A DNA stretch of 64,000 nt from Acetobacter sp. CAG:977 (GTDB taxonomy: Bacteria > Pseudomonadota > Alphaproteobacteria > CAAGCB01 > CAG-977): the NCBI GenBank assembly GCA_000434295.1, contig HF994935.1, forward strand, positions 638,235-702,234, in the 5' to 3' direction. Below the pieces are notes generated by a model that was not told the origin of the DNA, did no database searches, and saw only the letters and a program-made list of their open reading frames with translations. A program made the position numbers and the translations under genes. Positions 42,417 to 52,883 of the stretch are shown here, in pieces; positions within the stretch are counted from its first letter, which is position 1, and each line of letters starts with the position of its first letter.

Positions 42417-43196
42417 ATGGTCATATTGCCGCTTTATCAAGTCGTCTTTGCCGTTCAAGAGCAAAAATTTTCAAAAACGCGCTTCTTTGCTTTGATGCAT
42501 GACGGGCAAATCAGGGAAATGGGAATGCCTGATTTAAGATATCCGTCTTATTGCGCGTCAAACGGAAAAATTTGCGGCGTCTTTTACGACGATCAAAAAG
42601 GCTTTATCGCTTTGTCCGACCTGAAAATTACCGAAAGCCCCTTGCCGGAATTGGTCTTTACTCTTTCAAAACATCAAATCGCGTACCCCGTCGTTTCTCC
42701 CGACCGGCAAAAAATCGCCTTTATCGAATACGGCGAAGATGAAACCTCCCCCGTCTTGCGTCTGATTTTACGCGAAGAATTCGGTTGGTTTCCCGTCCAG
42801 CTTAAAATCAATGCCGCTTTTTCACCCGTGTGCTGGGGCGGCAAAGACGCTTTGATTTATACGGGACGAAACAACGAATTGATGATGATTTCCGCTTCCC
42901 CTTCCAAACGCGGAACCGCAAAAATCGACACAAACGCAAAATTGCCCGCCTATCATCAACAAAGCGGCAGACTCGCTTTTGTCAAAGACGACAACATTAT
43001 CCTGAAAGGAAAAGACAACCTTTCTTTTGAAGCGGATTCTCCGGACATGTTAAATTTTTCAAATGACGGGGAAAGCCTTTATTTTACGGCATTTAAAAAC
43101 GGAAATTACTCTCTATGCCGCTTTTCGATTGAAAAAAGAGAAGCAACTCGCCTGTGCGAATCCGATGCCCGCATCGTATGGGCGGCGGAAATTTAA
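42417..43196 (+). CDS. hypothetical protein with TolB/PD40-like beta-propeller repeats
   Basis: repeated blades (SPDRQKIAFIEYGED..., SGRLAFVKDDNIILKG, DGESLYFTAFKNGNYSLCRF). Confidence 0.35.
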   Translation: MVILPLYQVVFAVQEQKFSKTRFFALMHDGQIREMGMPDLRYPSYCASNGKICGVFYDDQKGFIALSDLKITESPLPELVFTLSKHQIAYPVVSPDRQKIAFIEYGEDETSPVLRLILREEFGWFPVQLKINAAFSPVCWGGKDALIYTGRNNELMMISASPSKRGTAKIDTNAKLPAYHQQSGRLAFVKDDNIILKGKDNLSFEADSPDMLNFSNDGESLYFTAFKNGNYSLCRFSIEKREATRLCESDARIVWAAEI

Positions 43197-44368
43197 AACG
43201 AACGTTCGCGACAAACAAACGCCAATCCCGCCGCTATCACGGGAATGACGGAAAATCCGAATGACACCGCAAAAAACGGATCCGCATACGGAGCCAGAAA
43301 AACCGACAAAAGCACCGCTTTTTCAAATATTCCCGAACCTCCCCTTTCGCGGACATCACAGATCAAGAATGCGGAAGAAGCACATAAAACGGCGTATTGA
43401 GCCGCTTCAAACATCGGAAAGCACAAAGCCACGGCGGCACAGAAAAAAGCGTTTTTAACGTTTTCTTTCGCCGTTTTCCTTTTAAAAATTCCGAATGCGG
43501 CAACAACCGTCAAAACAATCGCAAAAATCTGAAAAACCAACGCCAAAACAGGCGACGCGCTGGAACAAGCCGAAGCGCCGATGACGGAAGCAAAATCGCA
43601 AGGATTTTCTTTCAAAGCCGAAATGCCGCCTTCAAACGCTTCTAAAAATCCGCCCGCGCCGTAACGGGAAAAAGCCCCCGCAACGATAAAACCACCGAAC
43701 GCCAGCGCCACAAAAGCCGCCGCTTTACATTTTTTCAGGAATAAAGCAACCACGCACGCCGAACCGTAAAACGGCGAAACAAAGCTTAATCCGCCGATGA
43801 AACCTGCCGTTTTCGGAAACTTGTTCGCTTTTGTCAGCAAAAAAATCAACGCCGCCGCATAAAACAACCCGCCGCCGCCGAAAGAAAACGCATAAAACAA
43901 AGCAGGAAAAGCAAACGTCAGCAAAACGGCCTGAATAAAGGGAAACAGCAAAAGCAGCGACGCCGAAAAGAAAAACAGCCCCCACGTCAGCCACATTGAA
44001 TAAAATTCGCCGTAAGCCAATTCGGCAAAAGGCACAATCACCAAAGGCAATGTCGGAGCCGAAAAAGAACGAAAAACGCCGTTCGCCCCCGTAACATTCT
44101 TTACAAAATCGGTTTGAATTTCGGGATTATAAACTTCTTCGGGACTTTTCCCGCTTTCAAACAAGCGCAATAACGCATACGATCCCGCAATATTTTCTCC
44201 TGAAATTTTTAATGTGTCGTTTTGTATTCCCGCGACGGGCAAACCGTCTTCGTCATAAAACGACGAACGCGTCAAAACCGTATAAAACATCGCAAATGCC
44301 AATAATGCGGCAAAAAAATATTTTAACAGAAGCTTTTCTTCTTTTCCCATGAATGCCCCGCTTTTCAA
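43193..44368 (-). CDS. polytopic membrane protein (possible DUF2029/GT87-like glycosyltransferase)
   Basis: 391 aa, ~10 hydrophobic segments; weak family assignment from memory. Confidence 0.3.
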   Translation of the reverse strand: MKSGAFMGKEEKLLLKYFFAALLAFAMFYTVLTRSSFYDEDGLPVAGIQNDTLKISGENIAGSYALLRLFESGKSPEEVYNPEIQTDFVKNVTGANGVFRSFSAPTLPLVIVPFAELAYGEFYSMWLTWGLFFFSASLLLLFPFIQAVLLTFAFPALFYAFSFGGGGLFYAAALIFLLTKANKFPKTAGFIGGLSFVSPFYGSACVVALFLKKCKAAAFVALAFGGFIVAGAFSRYGAGGFLEAFEGGISALKENPCDFASVIGASACSSASPVLALVFQIFAIVLTVVAAFGIFKRKTAKENVKNAFFCAAVALCFPMFEAAQYAVLCASSAFLICDVRERGGSGIFEKAVLLSVFLAPYADPFFAVSFGFSVIPVIAAGLAFVCRERSF

Positions 44369-44475
44369 ACCGCTTAAACTATAAAAGAAACAGCTTCGAT
44401 AAAAAATAAAAAATTTCCCTGACGTCGGAGAAACGGATAATGTTATGATTAAGAAAAACTTTTTGGAGGCTTGAT

Positions 44476-45855
44476 ATGGGAATTTGTTTAAAAGGCGGAA
44501 CTGTCGTCAATGACGACAGGTCGTTTAAAGCCGACGTCTATTGCGAAGGCGGAAAAATTTGTGCCGTCGGAAAAGACCTGGATTTGCCCGCGGGAACGGA
44601 AATCTTTGACATTTCGGGCGCTTACGTCATGCCGGGCGGCATCGACCCCCACACGCATATGCAGTTGCCGTCCATGGGAACCGTGTCCAGCGACGATTTC
44701 TTTACGGGAACGGCCGCAGCAGCCGCCGGCGGAACAACAATGATTATTGATTACGTCGTTCCCGACAAAAATGCCCCGATGACTCCGGCATATCAGACTT
44801 GGCGCGAATGGGCGCAAAAATCGGCGGTAGATTATTCTTTTCATATCAACGTTACCGCATGGAACGAAGGTATCGCCGAAGAAATGCAAAAATTAACGGA
44901 AGAAGAAGGTGTCAACACTTATAAATTCTTCCTGTCTGCCAAAGGATCGTTGATGTTGCCGGATGAAAGCCTGTTGCCGGCGTTCGCTCATTGCCGCAAA
45001 ATCGGCGCCATGCCCGAAGTCCATGCGGAAAACGGCGATGTCGTCGAATATATGCAAAAAAAGCTCCTTGCCGAAGGGGTAACGGCTCCCGTCGGGCACC
45101 CGATGTCCAGACCGCCCGTCGTTGAAGGAGAAGCAACAAACCGAGCCATTATGCTGGCAAAAATGGCCGACTGTCCCGTCTATATCGTTCATATGTCCTG
45201 TCGCGAATCAGTCGAAGCCGTCAGACGCGCCCAAGCAAACGGACAACGCGTTTTTGGAGAAACCGTTCCGGGTTACTTAATCATTGACGATTCCGTGTAC
45301 TCCAGTCCGGATTTCACATTTGCCGCCGCTCATGTCCTCAGCCCTCCGTTCCGTCCGAAGGGAAATCAGGAAGTCTTGTGGAACGCGTTAAATGCAAAAA
45401 CCGTTTCTGTTATCGCAACAGACCACTGTCCGTTTAAAAACGAACAAAAACGTTTGGGAAAAGATAATTTTACAAAAATTCCGAACGGATGCGGCACGGT
45501 CGAAAACCGTATGGAAATCTTGTGGCATTTCGGCGTAAATGCGGGTCGGATGACACCGAACGAATTCGTTGCTCTAACCTCGACAAATGCCGCGAAAATT
45601 TTCAACATCTACCCCAAAAAAGGGCGCATTGAAAACGGAGCCGATGCAGATATCGTTGTTTGGGATCCTCAAAAACAAAAAACGATCTCCGCCAAAACCC
45701 ATCACATGAACGTTGATGCCAATATCTTTGAAGGCATTACCGTCACGGGATCTGCCGTCTATACCCTGTCACACGGCAAAATCGTCTTTGCCAATGGCGA
45801 ACTGAAAGCCGAAAAGGGAAACGGACAATACGTCAAACGTCCGAAATACTCTTAA
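44476..45855 (+). CDS. dihydropyrimidinase / D-hydantoinase (cyclic amidohydrolase)
   Basis: 459 aa; metal ligands GGIDPHTHMQLP, TDHCPF; amidohydrolase fold. Confidence 0.8.
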   Translation: MGICLKGGTVVNDDRSFKADVYCEGGKICAVGKDLDLPAGTEIFDISGAYVMPGGIDPHTHMQLPSMGTVSSDDFFTGTAAAAAGGTTMIIDYVVPDKNAPMTPAYQTWREWAQKSAVDYSFHINVTAWNEGIAEEMQKLTEEEGVNTYKFFLSAKGSLMLPDESLLPAFAHCRKIGAMPEVHAENGDVVEYMQKKLLAEGVTAPVGHPMSRPPVVEGEATNRAIMLAKMADCPVYIVHMSCRESVEAVRRAQANGQRVFGETVPGYLIIDDSVYSSPDFTFAAAHVLSPPFRPKGNQEVLWNALNAKTVSVIATDHCPFKNEQKRLGKDNFTKIPNGCGTVENRMEILWHFGVNAGRMTPNEFVALTSTNAAKIFNIYPKKGRIENGADADIVVWDPQKQKTISAKTHHMNVDANIFEGITVTGSAVYTLSHGKIVFANGELKAEKGNGQYVKRPKYS

Positions 45856-45856
45856 T

Positions 45857-45896
45857 AAGGAAAGCCCCGTCTTCGGGGGCTTTCCTTTATTTTTCA
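45857..45896 (+). terminator. rho-independent terminator of hydantoinase gene
   Basis: 12-bp perfect stem aaggaaagcccc/ggggctttcctt + TTTATTTTT. Confidence 0.7.
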
Positions 45897-46354
45897 TCTT
45901 CTTTGGCATAAAACTCTGCCAATAAATCCAACGTTTCGCATAAGGCCTTATAAACAGCTCGATACGTCGTCACGCTGGCTTCGTTTAAAACGGGATGTTT
46001 AAAAATAAACGAACGGACGTTTTCTTCGTCTCTTAAAAAATGCAAAACATAAACGCCGTATTTCCCGACGTATTTTAAAGCATCCAAATATCTCTGAGCC
46101 GCCGCCTGTCTGCCGCCGCACCATTCTTCCGAACCGTGACGACCTGAACGGATAAATGCCGTTTCGTCATAAGAAGACGTGATTTTCGGAACAAATGACG
46201 AAAATCTGTAATCCTGCATTAACCGCACCCCTGCCCTGAAACGGTCTAAACATAAAGGATAACGCCCCAGCTTACCGCTGCGAAACATTTTGACCAGTAC
46301 TCCGCATTCTTCTTTACCGTCAGTCTTTGTTCGTTTTTTTTCAGGTTTTGCCAT
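45887..46354 (-). CDS. hypothetical protein (no recognised domain)
   Basis: 155 aa ORF in low-GC islet; function unknown. Confidence 0.4.
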   Translation of the reverse strand: MAKPEKKRTKTDGKEECGVLVKMFRSGKLGRYPLCLDRFRAGVRLMQDYRFSSFVPKITSSYDETAFIRSGRHGSEEWCGGRQAAAQRYLDALKYVGKYGVYVLHFLRDEENVRSFIFKHPVLNEASVTTYRAVYKALCETLDLLAEFYAKEDEK

Positions 46355-46497
46355 TTTATCCTCTCGATTTAAAAATTTTTAATAATGTTATTATTATCAC
46401 AATAAGATATAACAATCAAGCTCAAAACGTTTATTTAACCCTGTGATAAAGTATGCCAATATGACACATTCCAACTTTGATAAAGGATTGAACGGTT

Positions 46498-46887
46498 ATG
46501 ATTGGAAAACGCTTACAGGAAAAATTGTCCCAGCTGGGGCTGACCCAGCAAAAAGCGGCTGATCGGCTGGAAATCAGCCAAAGCCGGCTGAACCAATACT
46601 TAAAAGACAAACGCGAACCGGACAGCGCCATGTTTTGCAAAATTTGCGAAGCTTTTGAAGTCACGCCGAACTGGCTGTACGGTTTTGACAGCGACAGCCC
46701 CGCCGTCAACAAAGCCGCTTTGGAAACTGCTCTATTGTTTTTGAAAAAATACGAAGACAAAAACAAAAAAGCTTTTTCTCCCGAAAAAGAAGCCCGCATC
46801 GTTTCCGTCATTTATGACATTATTTTATCGGAATCCGAAGAACGGGCACAAAAAACCATTGAATGGGTAATTGAGGCCGTCGCATGA
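46498..46887 (+). CDS. XRE-family HTH transcriptional regulator with C-terminal extension
   Basis: HTH_3 motif LSQLGLTQQKAADRLEISQSRLNQYLKDKREP; 129 aa. Confidence 0.7.
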   Translation: MIGKRLQEKLSQLGLTQQKAADRLEISQSRLNQYLKDKREPDSAMFCKICEAFEVTPNWLYGFDSDSPAVNKAALETALLFLKKYEDKNKKAFSPEKEARIVSVIYDIILSESEERAQKTIEWVIEAVA

Positions 46888-47147
46888 TCAAACAAGATAA
46901 CAGATCTCCCATTTCCGACGAAACAGACGAAAAAATCCGCCGTCTCAAAGAATTGTTGGACGCTCCGGACGGACAGGAAAATACCGACAAATCAGACAGT
47001 TCGGAACAAAAAAATGTTGCACAAACCGTAACCGTCAACGGAAACGGAAATGTCGTGTCTACCGGAAATTCAAAAGTCGTTTTGATAAAAACACATGAAA
47101 AATCAGATGTTTTCAAAACCTGCCTTTTGTGTTTTCTCTTTTTTTAG
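46884..47147 (+). CDS. hypothetical small protein, 4-nt overlap with XRE gene
   Basis: 87 aa ORF, ATGA overlap; Asp/Glu-rich then Cys/Phe hydrophobic tail. Confidence 0.35.
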   Translation: MIKQDNRSPISDETDEKIRRLKELLDAPDGQENTDKSDSSEQKNVAQTVTVNGNGNVVSTGNSKVVLIKTHEKSDVFKTCLLCFLFF

Positions 47148-47404
47148 CGCTCCCTTCCATCTCAAGATTTAGCGATTCTCCGCACACGTCTAAAAGTTGT
47201 TTTATTTCACACAACGAAATCGAGATGCTGAGAAAATATGTTAAACAAACCGCTCTAAAAGAAAAAATTCACATCAACACCGTTTGGGCTCGTTTAAAAC
47301 GAAAATACGGATTTAAACGATATCGCCAAATCAGTTGCGATTTGTTTCAAAAGATTGTGCGTGATCTGCCTGAAATAACGGCTCAACATTCTCAGGCTCC
47401 GTAA
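47129..47404 (+). CDS. hypothetical small basic protein (possible DNA-binding)
   Basis: 91 aa; basic region WARLKRKYGFKRYRQIS. Confidence 0.35.
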   Translation: MFSLFLALPSISRFSDSPHTSKSCFISHNEIEMLRKYVKQTALKEKIHINTVWARLKRKYGFKRYRQISCDLFQKIVRDLPEITAQHSQAP

Positions 47405-47432
47405 GTTTTTCTGATGCGCTCCGCTTTTATTA

Positions 47433-47460
47433 TTGACAAAAAACAACAAAATGTTATAAA
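47433..47460 (+). promoter_or_regulatory. near-consensus sigma70-like promoter (TTGACA-N16-TATAAA) upstream of 47490 gene
   Basis: TTGACA at 47433-47438, 16-nt spacer, TATAAA at 47455-47460; flanked by 8-bp inverted repeat gcgctccg/cggagcgc. Confidence 0.4.
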
Positions 47461-47489
47461 CGTGTTTATGTCAATACGGAGCGCGGACA

Positions 47490-47735
47490 ATGAAAAAAGC
47501 TGAAGCGGATTATCTTATTTTGTGTGAAATTGACGCTCTTGTTTCGGCGTTAATCGGCGCCGTGCGCAAAAAATCCAAAAATCTGGAAGAACAAGACATT
47601 TCTTTTTTTTGCGAAGCATTGCAAAATATTTATGAAAACGATTTTTTTCCTGTTTTGGATCAATGCCGCCAAGATACGGGAAACGCCCCTTCAAGGGCGT
47701 TTTCTGACAAATATGATTATTTAGTGCGTACTTAA
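47490..47735 (+). CDS. hypothetical small protein
   Basis: 81 aa ORF downstream of strong promoter-like element. Confidence 0.35.
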   Translation: MKKAEADYLILCEIDALVSALIGAVRKKSKNLEEQDISFFCEALQNIYENDFFPVLDQCRQDTGNAPSRAFSDKYDYLVRT

Positions 47736-48124
47736 ACCGCCGTTGCCAAGGCGGGCGATTCGGGTTCCGTAACGGCGGGCAACGTATCGTCTTCGATTTT
47801 TGTAACCGAAATATCGTATTGGCGCACGATCTTTGAAGAATCTTCCGGTGTTTCCACAAAACGCACTTTTTCGGAACGTTGCAACAACGGCAAAAATTCT
47901 TCTGCAATCGAATCCAATGCAATCAGCTGACCGGGTTGGCGCAACAGCAACAAACGGCGATCGCCGTCGTACATAAACCTCGGATTATTCGGTGCCCCTT
48001 CGTATTCGTTCAGCGAAAAGCTTAGAATACCGTCGGCATCTTGGAATACAAAGCACAAGGTTTCTACTGCCATTTTTCTCATAATGTGACACTCCTCACT
48101 GTCTTCTACAGAAAAGTATGCCAA
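47732..48124 (-). CDS. hypothetical protein
   Basis: 130 aa ORF convergent with 47490 gene (4-nt overlap of ends). Confidence 0.35.
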   Translation of the reverse strand: MAYFSVEDSEECHIMRKMAVETLCFVFQDADGILSFSLNEYEGAPNNPRFMYDGDRRLLLLRQPGQLIALDSIAEEFLPLLQRSEKVRFVETPEDSSKIVRQYDISVTKIEDDTLPAVTEPESPALATAV

Positions 48125-48234
48125 AATACAATTAAGAAAAAATTATCATAAACCTTTCTGTCTATAAAAAATTATATCGCATTTTACCCTAAAAAAGCTA
48201 TACTTATTTATTGCTTTTCAGGAAATACAGCCGC

Positions 48235-48642
48235 ATGTCGTTAAAACTTCCCGTTATTTTCGCCGTTTCTTATCTGCTCCTTACGCTGGTGCAGCTTGTT
48301 GCAGCTTTGGACGGAATCATGTATTTCTTCGGACTGCATTGGATCTTTGCCTTTTTTGCGGCGTTCCTGCTCGCCCTTATTCCCGCAATCGGTCCGCTTG
48401 CCGGCGTATACGGCGCCGTTCAGGCATGGGGATGGCCGGCTTGGGCCGCCGTGTTACTGTTCTTTTGGCCTTATATCCTCTATGCCGTCATGCTGTCTTT
48501 GGGCATAACTTCTTCCTTCTTCTTTTGGAAAAAGGCGTTCAAGCCGTTTAAAGAAAAAAATGAAAACGTCATTGAACCAGAATTTACCGTTAAAGAAGAC
48601 TCTGACGAAAAAAACGATATCTTTTACATCGAACGAAAATAA
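48235..48642 (+). CDS. small integral membrane protein
   Basis: 3-4 hydrophobic helices, Trp-rich (AWGWPAWAAVLLFFWPYILY), charged C-terminus. Confidence 0.4.
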   Translation: MSLKLPVIFAVSYLLLTLVQLVAALDGIMYFFGLHWIFAFFAAFLLALIPAIGPLAGVYGAVQAWGWPAWAAVLLFFWPYILYAVMLSLGITSSFFFWKKAFKPFKEKNENVIEPEFTVKEDSDEKNDIFYIERK

Positions 48643-48649
48643 AGCCCGA

Positions 48650-49129
48650 TTAACCTTCGCGAAGAAGCTTGGAAAGACGGTCTAAAATGCCGTTCACAAC
48701 ACGAGATTCCGGTCCGTCGTAAAAACTGCGCGCAATATCAACGTATTCGCTGATAATTATCGGCGACGGCGTGTCAGGAAACGCCATCAGTTCGGAAACT
48801 CCCGCCTGCAAAATCGCTTTTAACGTCGGCTCAACGCGTTCCTTCGGCCAATCTTCCGTGAACGACGCGTTAACCATATCGTTTATTCTTTCGGCGTTGT
48901 CCGCATAACACGACATAATCCCGGAAAATAATGCCGGTTCCGCCGCAATAACGGGTACAAACGTTTCTTCTCCCGTTATTTCGTTTTCTTCTATGACTTC
49001 TCCGCCGACATTGCCGGACATAAAATCTTTGACAACCTGATCAATGGTCTTATCCCCCATCGCCAGACTGTATAACGCCTGAATCGCCGATAAACGCGAC
49101 GTGCTGCGGTTTGTTCTTACTTTAGACAT
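48650..49129 (-). CDS. nusB: transcription antitermination factor NusB
   Basis: [17 protein letters not shown] NusB signature. Confidence 0.85.
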   Translation of the reverse strand: MSKVRTNRSTSRLSAIQALYSLAMGDKTIDQVVKDFMSGNVGGEVIEENEITGEETFVPVIAAEPALFSGIMSCYADNAERINDMVNASFTEDWPKERVEPTLKAILQAGVSELMAFPDTPSPIIISEYVDIARSFYDGPESRVVNGILDRLSKLLREG

Positions 49130-49610
49130 CTTTATTCTCTTCTTGATCTTTTAAATTTGAAACGGCTTCCAGACTGCTGATAAAAGCTTTAAAATCTTTC
49201 GCTTCCCGAAAATCGCGGTACACGGATGCAAATCGAACGTATGCGACGGGATCTAATCCGGACAACGCTTCCATAACCATTTCGCCGATTTGTTTCGAAG
49301 GTATTTCGTTTTCTCCGGACGTTTCCAGCTGGCGTTGAATACCGTTCACAATCAGCTCAACCTGTTCCGGGCTGATCGGACGTTTGCGAACGGCTATGGA
49401 TATCGATCGCTGTAATTTGTCGCGATCAAACGGCATCTTGCCTCCGTCCTTTTTGATAACCGTCAGTTCGCGAAGCTGTACCCGTTCAAACGTCGTAAAA
49501 CGAGACCCGCACGCCGTACAAAAACGACGGCGGCGAATCGCCGAATTATCTTCGCTGGGACGAGAGTCCTTTACTTGCGTGTCTTCGTGGCCGCAAAAAG
49601 GGCAGCGCAT
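49122..49610 (-). CDS. nrdR: transcriptional repressor NrdR
   Basis: [17 protein letters not shown]...[17 protein letters not shown] zinc ribbon + ATP-cone. Confidence 0.9.
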   Translation of the reverse strand: MRCPFCGHEDTQVKDSRPSEDNSAIRRRRFCTACGSRFTTFERVQLRELTVIKKDGGKMPFDRDKLQRSISIAVRKRPISPEQVELIVNGIQRQLETSGENEIPSKQIGEMVMEALSGLDPVAYVRFASVYRDFREAKDFKAFISSLEAVSNLKDQEENKDV

Positions 49611-49620
49611 CTTTTTCTCC

Positions 49621-50904
49621 TTAGACCATCAATCCTTCATAAATCGGAAAACGGGCACACAATTCCAAAACTTCGGATTTGGCTTTTTCTTCCGCCGCGG
49701 CATTGTCGTCAGGATGTGCCGACAGTCCGTCTAAAACATCGCCGATCAGCTCACCGATTTTTTTAAATTCGTCTTCTTTAAAGCCTCGCGTCGTTCCTGC
49801 CGGTGTTCCCAAACGGATGCCCGAAGTAACCGTCGGTTTTTCGGGGTCAAACGGAATGCCGTTTTTATTGCAGGTCATATGAGCGCGTTCCAAACTCTTT
49901 TCAGCAAGTTTCCCCGTTAAATGTTTGGGACGTAAATCGACAAGCATTAAATGCGTATCCGTTCCGCCGGAAACGATGTCAAGACCGCGGCGCTTTAAAG
50001 TTTCTGCAAGAGTTTTTGCATTCTTTACAATATTTTGGGCGTAAATCTTAAATTCAGGTTTTAACGCCTCGCCCAGCGCAACAGCCTTAGCCGCAATAAC
50101 ATGCATCAACGGTCCGCCCTGCAATCCCGGAAATACCGCAGAATTGATCTTTTTGGCTATATCGGGATTGTTCGTCATAATCATCCCGCCGCGAGGGCCG
50201 CGTAACGTCTTGTGCGTCGTCGTCGTAACAATATCCGCATACTTTAACGGACTGTCGTGTACGCCCCCCGCAACCAAGCCCGCAAAATGAGCCATGTCAA
50301 CCATAAACAATGCGCCGACTTCGTCCGCTATTTCTCTGAATTTCTTGAAATCTATCGCTCGCGGATAAGCCGAACCGCCCGCGATAATCAGTTTCGGGTG
50401 ATGTTCGCGCGCCAAACGCTCGACTTCGTCAAAATCAATCAAAGCGTCTTCTTGGCGAACGCCGTACTGAACGGAATTAAACCATTTCCCCGACAACGCC
50501 GCTTTTGAACCGTGAGTCAGGTGACCGCCCGCAACCAAAGACATTCCCATCATGGTATCACCGGGCTTTAAAAACGCTAACAAAACCGCGCCGTTCGCCT
50601 GAGCCCCCGAATGAGGTTGAACATTTACGTATTCGCATCCGAACAGTTTCTTGGCTCGTTCTATTGCAAGACTTTCCGCAATATCAACAAATTCGCATCC
50701 GCCGTAATAACGCGCTCCGCAATAGCCTTCCGCGTATTTGTTCGTCAAAATAGAGCCTTGCGCTTCTAAAACCGCTTTGGAAACGATGTTTTCGGAAGCA
50801 ATCAATTCGATTTGATCCTGCTGGCGGCGCAATTCCTTGCAAATCGCGTCATAAATATCCGGATCCGCCTCTTTCAAGCTCTTTGAAAAAAATTCGTTCG
50901 TCAT
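49621..50904 (-). CDS. glyA: serine hydroxymethyltransferase
   Basis: PLP site [14 protein letters not shown]; 427 aa. Confidence 0.95.
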   Translation of the reverse strand: MTNEFFSKSLKEADPDIYDAICKELRRQQDQIELIASENIVSKAVLEAQGSILTNKYAEGYCGARYYGGCEFVDIAESLAIERAKKLFGCEYVNVQPHSGAQANGAVLLAFLKPGDTMMGMSLVAGGHLTHGSKAALSGKWFNSVQYGVRQEDALIDFDEVERLAREHHPKLIIAGGSAYPRAIDFKKFREIADEVGALFMVDMAHFAGLVAGGVHDSPLKYADIVTTTTHKTLRGPRGGMIMTNNPDIAKKINSAVFPGLQGGPLMHVIAAKAVALGEALKPEFKIYAQNIVKNAKTLAETLKRRGLDIVSGGTDTHLMLVDLRPKHLTGKLAEKSLERAHMTCNKNGIPFDPEKPTVTSGIRLGTPAGTTRGFKEDEFKKIGELIGDVLDGLSAHPDDNAAAEEKAKSEVLELCARFPIYEGLMV

Positions 50905-50919
50905 TGTTGCCAGCCCCTT

Positions 50920-51363
50920 TCAGCAGGAAAGATGTGATAATTTTTCAACACGGCGCGCATGGCGACCGCCCAAAAAATCCGTCGTCAAGAAAATACGGGC
51001 ACAATCAAACGCGACTTCCGGTCCCGTCGTACGACCGCCCAAGACCAAAACATTCGCGTCATTATGTTCCCGACACAAACGGGCACCGAACGCATCATGA
51101 ACCAACGCCGCACGAATAAACGGAAAGCGGTTCGCCGCTATGCTGATGCCTATTCCCGTCCCGCACAGCAATATTCCCTTTTTTACCGTTCCGTTCTTGA
51201 TTTCTTCCGCCATCTTTTGCGCAATGTCGGGATAATCTACCGACGCCGGCGTATGTGTTCCCAAATCCAAAACGTCATACCCCGCGGCTTTTAAATGTTC
51301 CGACAAGGCATTTTTTAATTCAAAACCGCCATGATCCGAAGCTATCGCTATCTTTTCTGCCAT
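50920..51363 (-). CDS. rpiB: ribose-5-phosphate isomerase B
   Basis: MAEKIAIASDHGGFELK, GTGIGISIAANR motifs. Confidence 0.85.
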   Translation of the reverse strand: MAEKIAIASDHGGFELKNALSEHLKAAGYDVLDLGTHTPASVDYPDIAQKMAEEIKNGTVKKGILLCGTGIGISIAANRFPFIRAALVHDAFGARLCREHNDANVLVLGGRTTGPEVAFDCARIFLTTDFLGGRHARRVEKLSHLSC

Positions 51364-51608
51364 TGCACACTCCAAAATAAAATCCGTTTGGTTCGTTTAG
51401 TACCACATTATTATGCGGTTTGACTATTGTTTATTTTTATTCATCACATAAGCCAGTTTCTTCTTTGCCGCAGCTTTTAAAGAAACCAGCGGCGTATTCG
51501 CCGGCGCCATCAGCGAAATTTCCGTTCCCGTAACTTCGTCAACGGCAATAACTTTCACGGCATTGCCTATCCTGATGATTTGAAATAAAACGCCGCCTTC
51601 CGTTTCCA

Positions 51609-52871
51609 TCAATCCCTCGCCAACATATTCGCAACGGATTCGTATGAGGGAACATTCCCTGACGGACCTAAAACAGCCAGTGTCGGCGTTCCCGTAAAAA
51701 CGCGTTCGCATAAAGACAAAATGTCTTGGGTCGAAACGGCTGCGATTTTCTCTAAAATCTCGTCTTTTCCCAAAACTTTGCCAAAGACCAGCAAATGTCC
51801 CGCATTCTGCTCGCTGCGCGCGGAAGGATGTTCCAAAGACATTAAAATTCCTGCCTTGAGCTGAGCCTTTGCTCTGTTCAGTTCTTCTTCCGTTACGCCG
51901 TCGTAAAGCCGTTTAATTTCCCGACATACCGCAGGAAGGACTTCGGCAGCTTCCTGTTCGCCGGTACCCGCATAAACACCGATCGTACCGCCCGTCGAAT
52001 ACGACGACGAAAAAGAATATATCGAATAAACAAGCCCCTTCTTTTCCCGAATTTCCTGAAACAGGCGCGAAGACATCCCGCCCCCGAACAACGTCGAAAA
52101 AAGCTGTGCCGTATAATAATCTTTGTCGTAAAACGAAACTCCGGGAAACCCCAGTAACAAATTAACCTGTTCTATATCCCTGTTTTCCCTGTGTTCACCG
52201 CCGCAATAAACCGCAGGATCCGCCTTTAACCCTTCCGCAGGCTTTAAGTCTCCGAATGAACGAAAAACAAGCTTCACAAACGATTCATGATCAACATTCC
52301 CGCTAGCCGAAACAATCATGCGCGAAGGCGTATAATTCGTTTTCATAAAATGATCCAGCGTTTCTCTCGTTACGGCATTAACGGTCTCTGCCGTCCCCAA
52401 AATCGCACGGCCGATCGCTTGGTCTGGATAGGCTTTCGATTGGAAATAATCGAAAATAATATCATCGGGAGTATCCGCAGATTGGCTGATTTCTTGCAAT
52501 ACCACCGTCTTTTCACGAGCAAATTCTTCCGCATCAAAGGTCGAATTTTGCAAAATATCCGACAGAATATCGACAGCCAAAGGAACGTCTTCTTTTAATA
52601 CCTTGATATAGTATGACGTCGTTTCGCGTGCCGTACAGGCATTGATATAACCTCCGACGTCTTCTATTTCCTCTGCTATTTTCCGAGCCGATCGCGTCGT
52701 CGTTCCCTTAAACGCCATATGTTCCAATAAATGAGAAATGCCGTTCAAGTCTTTCGGTTCGTACATCGCGCCGACACCGACGTAAACGCCCAAAGAAACG
52801 CTTTCAAGCTCAGGCATCGCATCCGTAACAACCCTCAAGCCGTTCGGAAGAACCGATACTAATGCCGTCAT
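51609..52871 (-). CDS. M16 family zinc peptidase (inverzincin)
   Basis: HxxEH motif HLLEHMAFKGT and downstream Glu region; 420 aa. Confidence 0.8.
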   Translation of the reverse strand: MTALVSVLPNGLRVVTDAMPELESVSLGVYVGVGAMYEPKDLNGISHLLEHMAFKGTTTRSARKIAEEIEDVGGYINACTARETTSYYIKVLKEDVPLAVDILSDILQNSTFDAEEFAREKTVVLQEISQSADTPDDIIFDYFQSKAYPDQAIGRAILGTAETVNAVTRETLDHFMKTNYTPSRMIVSASGNVDHESFVKLVFRSFGDLKPAEGLKADPAVYCGGEHRENRDIEQVNLLLGFPGVSFYDKDYYTAQLFSTLFGGGMSSRLFQEIREKKGLVYSIYSFSSSYSTGGTIGVYAGTGEQEAAEVLPAVCREIKRLYDGVTEEELNRAKAQLKAGILMSLEHPSARSEQNAGHLLVFGKVLGKDEILEKIAAVSTQDILSLCERVFTGTPTLAVLGPSGNVPSYESVANMLARD

Positions 52872-52883
52872 GTCTTTTATCCC

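Noticed and set aside
51424-51711. 95-aa minus-strand ORF overlapping the 3' end of the M16 peptidase gene (possible 61-aa product from ATG at 51609)
   Set aside because: Overlaps the peptidase by ~100 nt in the long form; short form has no RBS or motif; could be a real small protein but unsupported.
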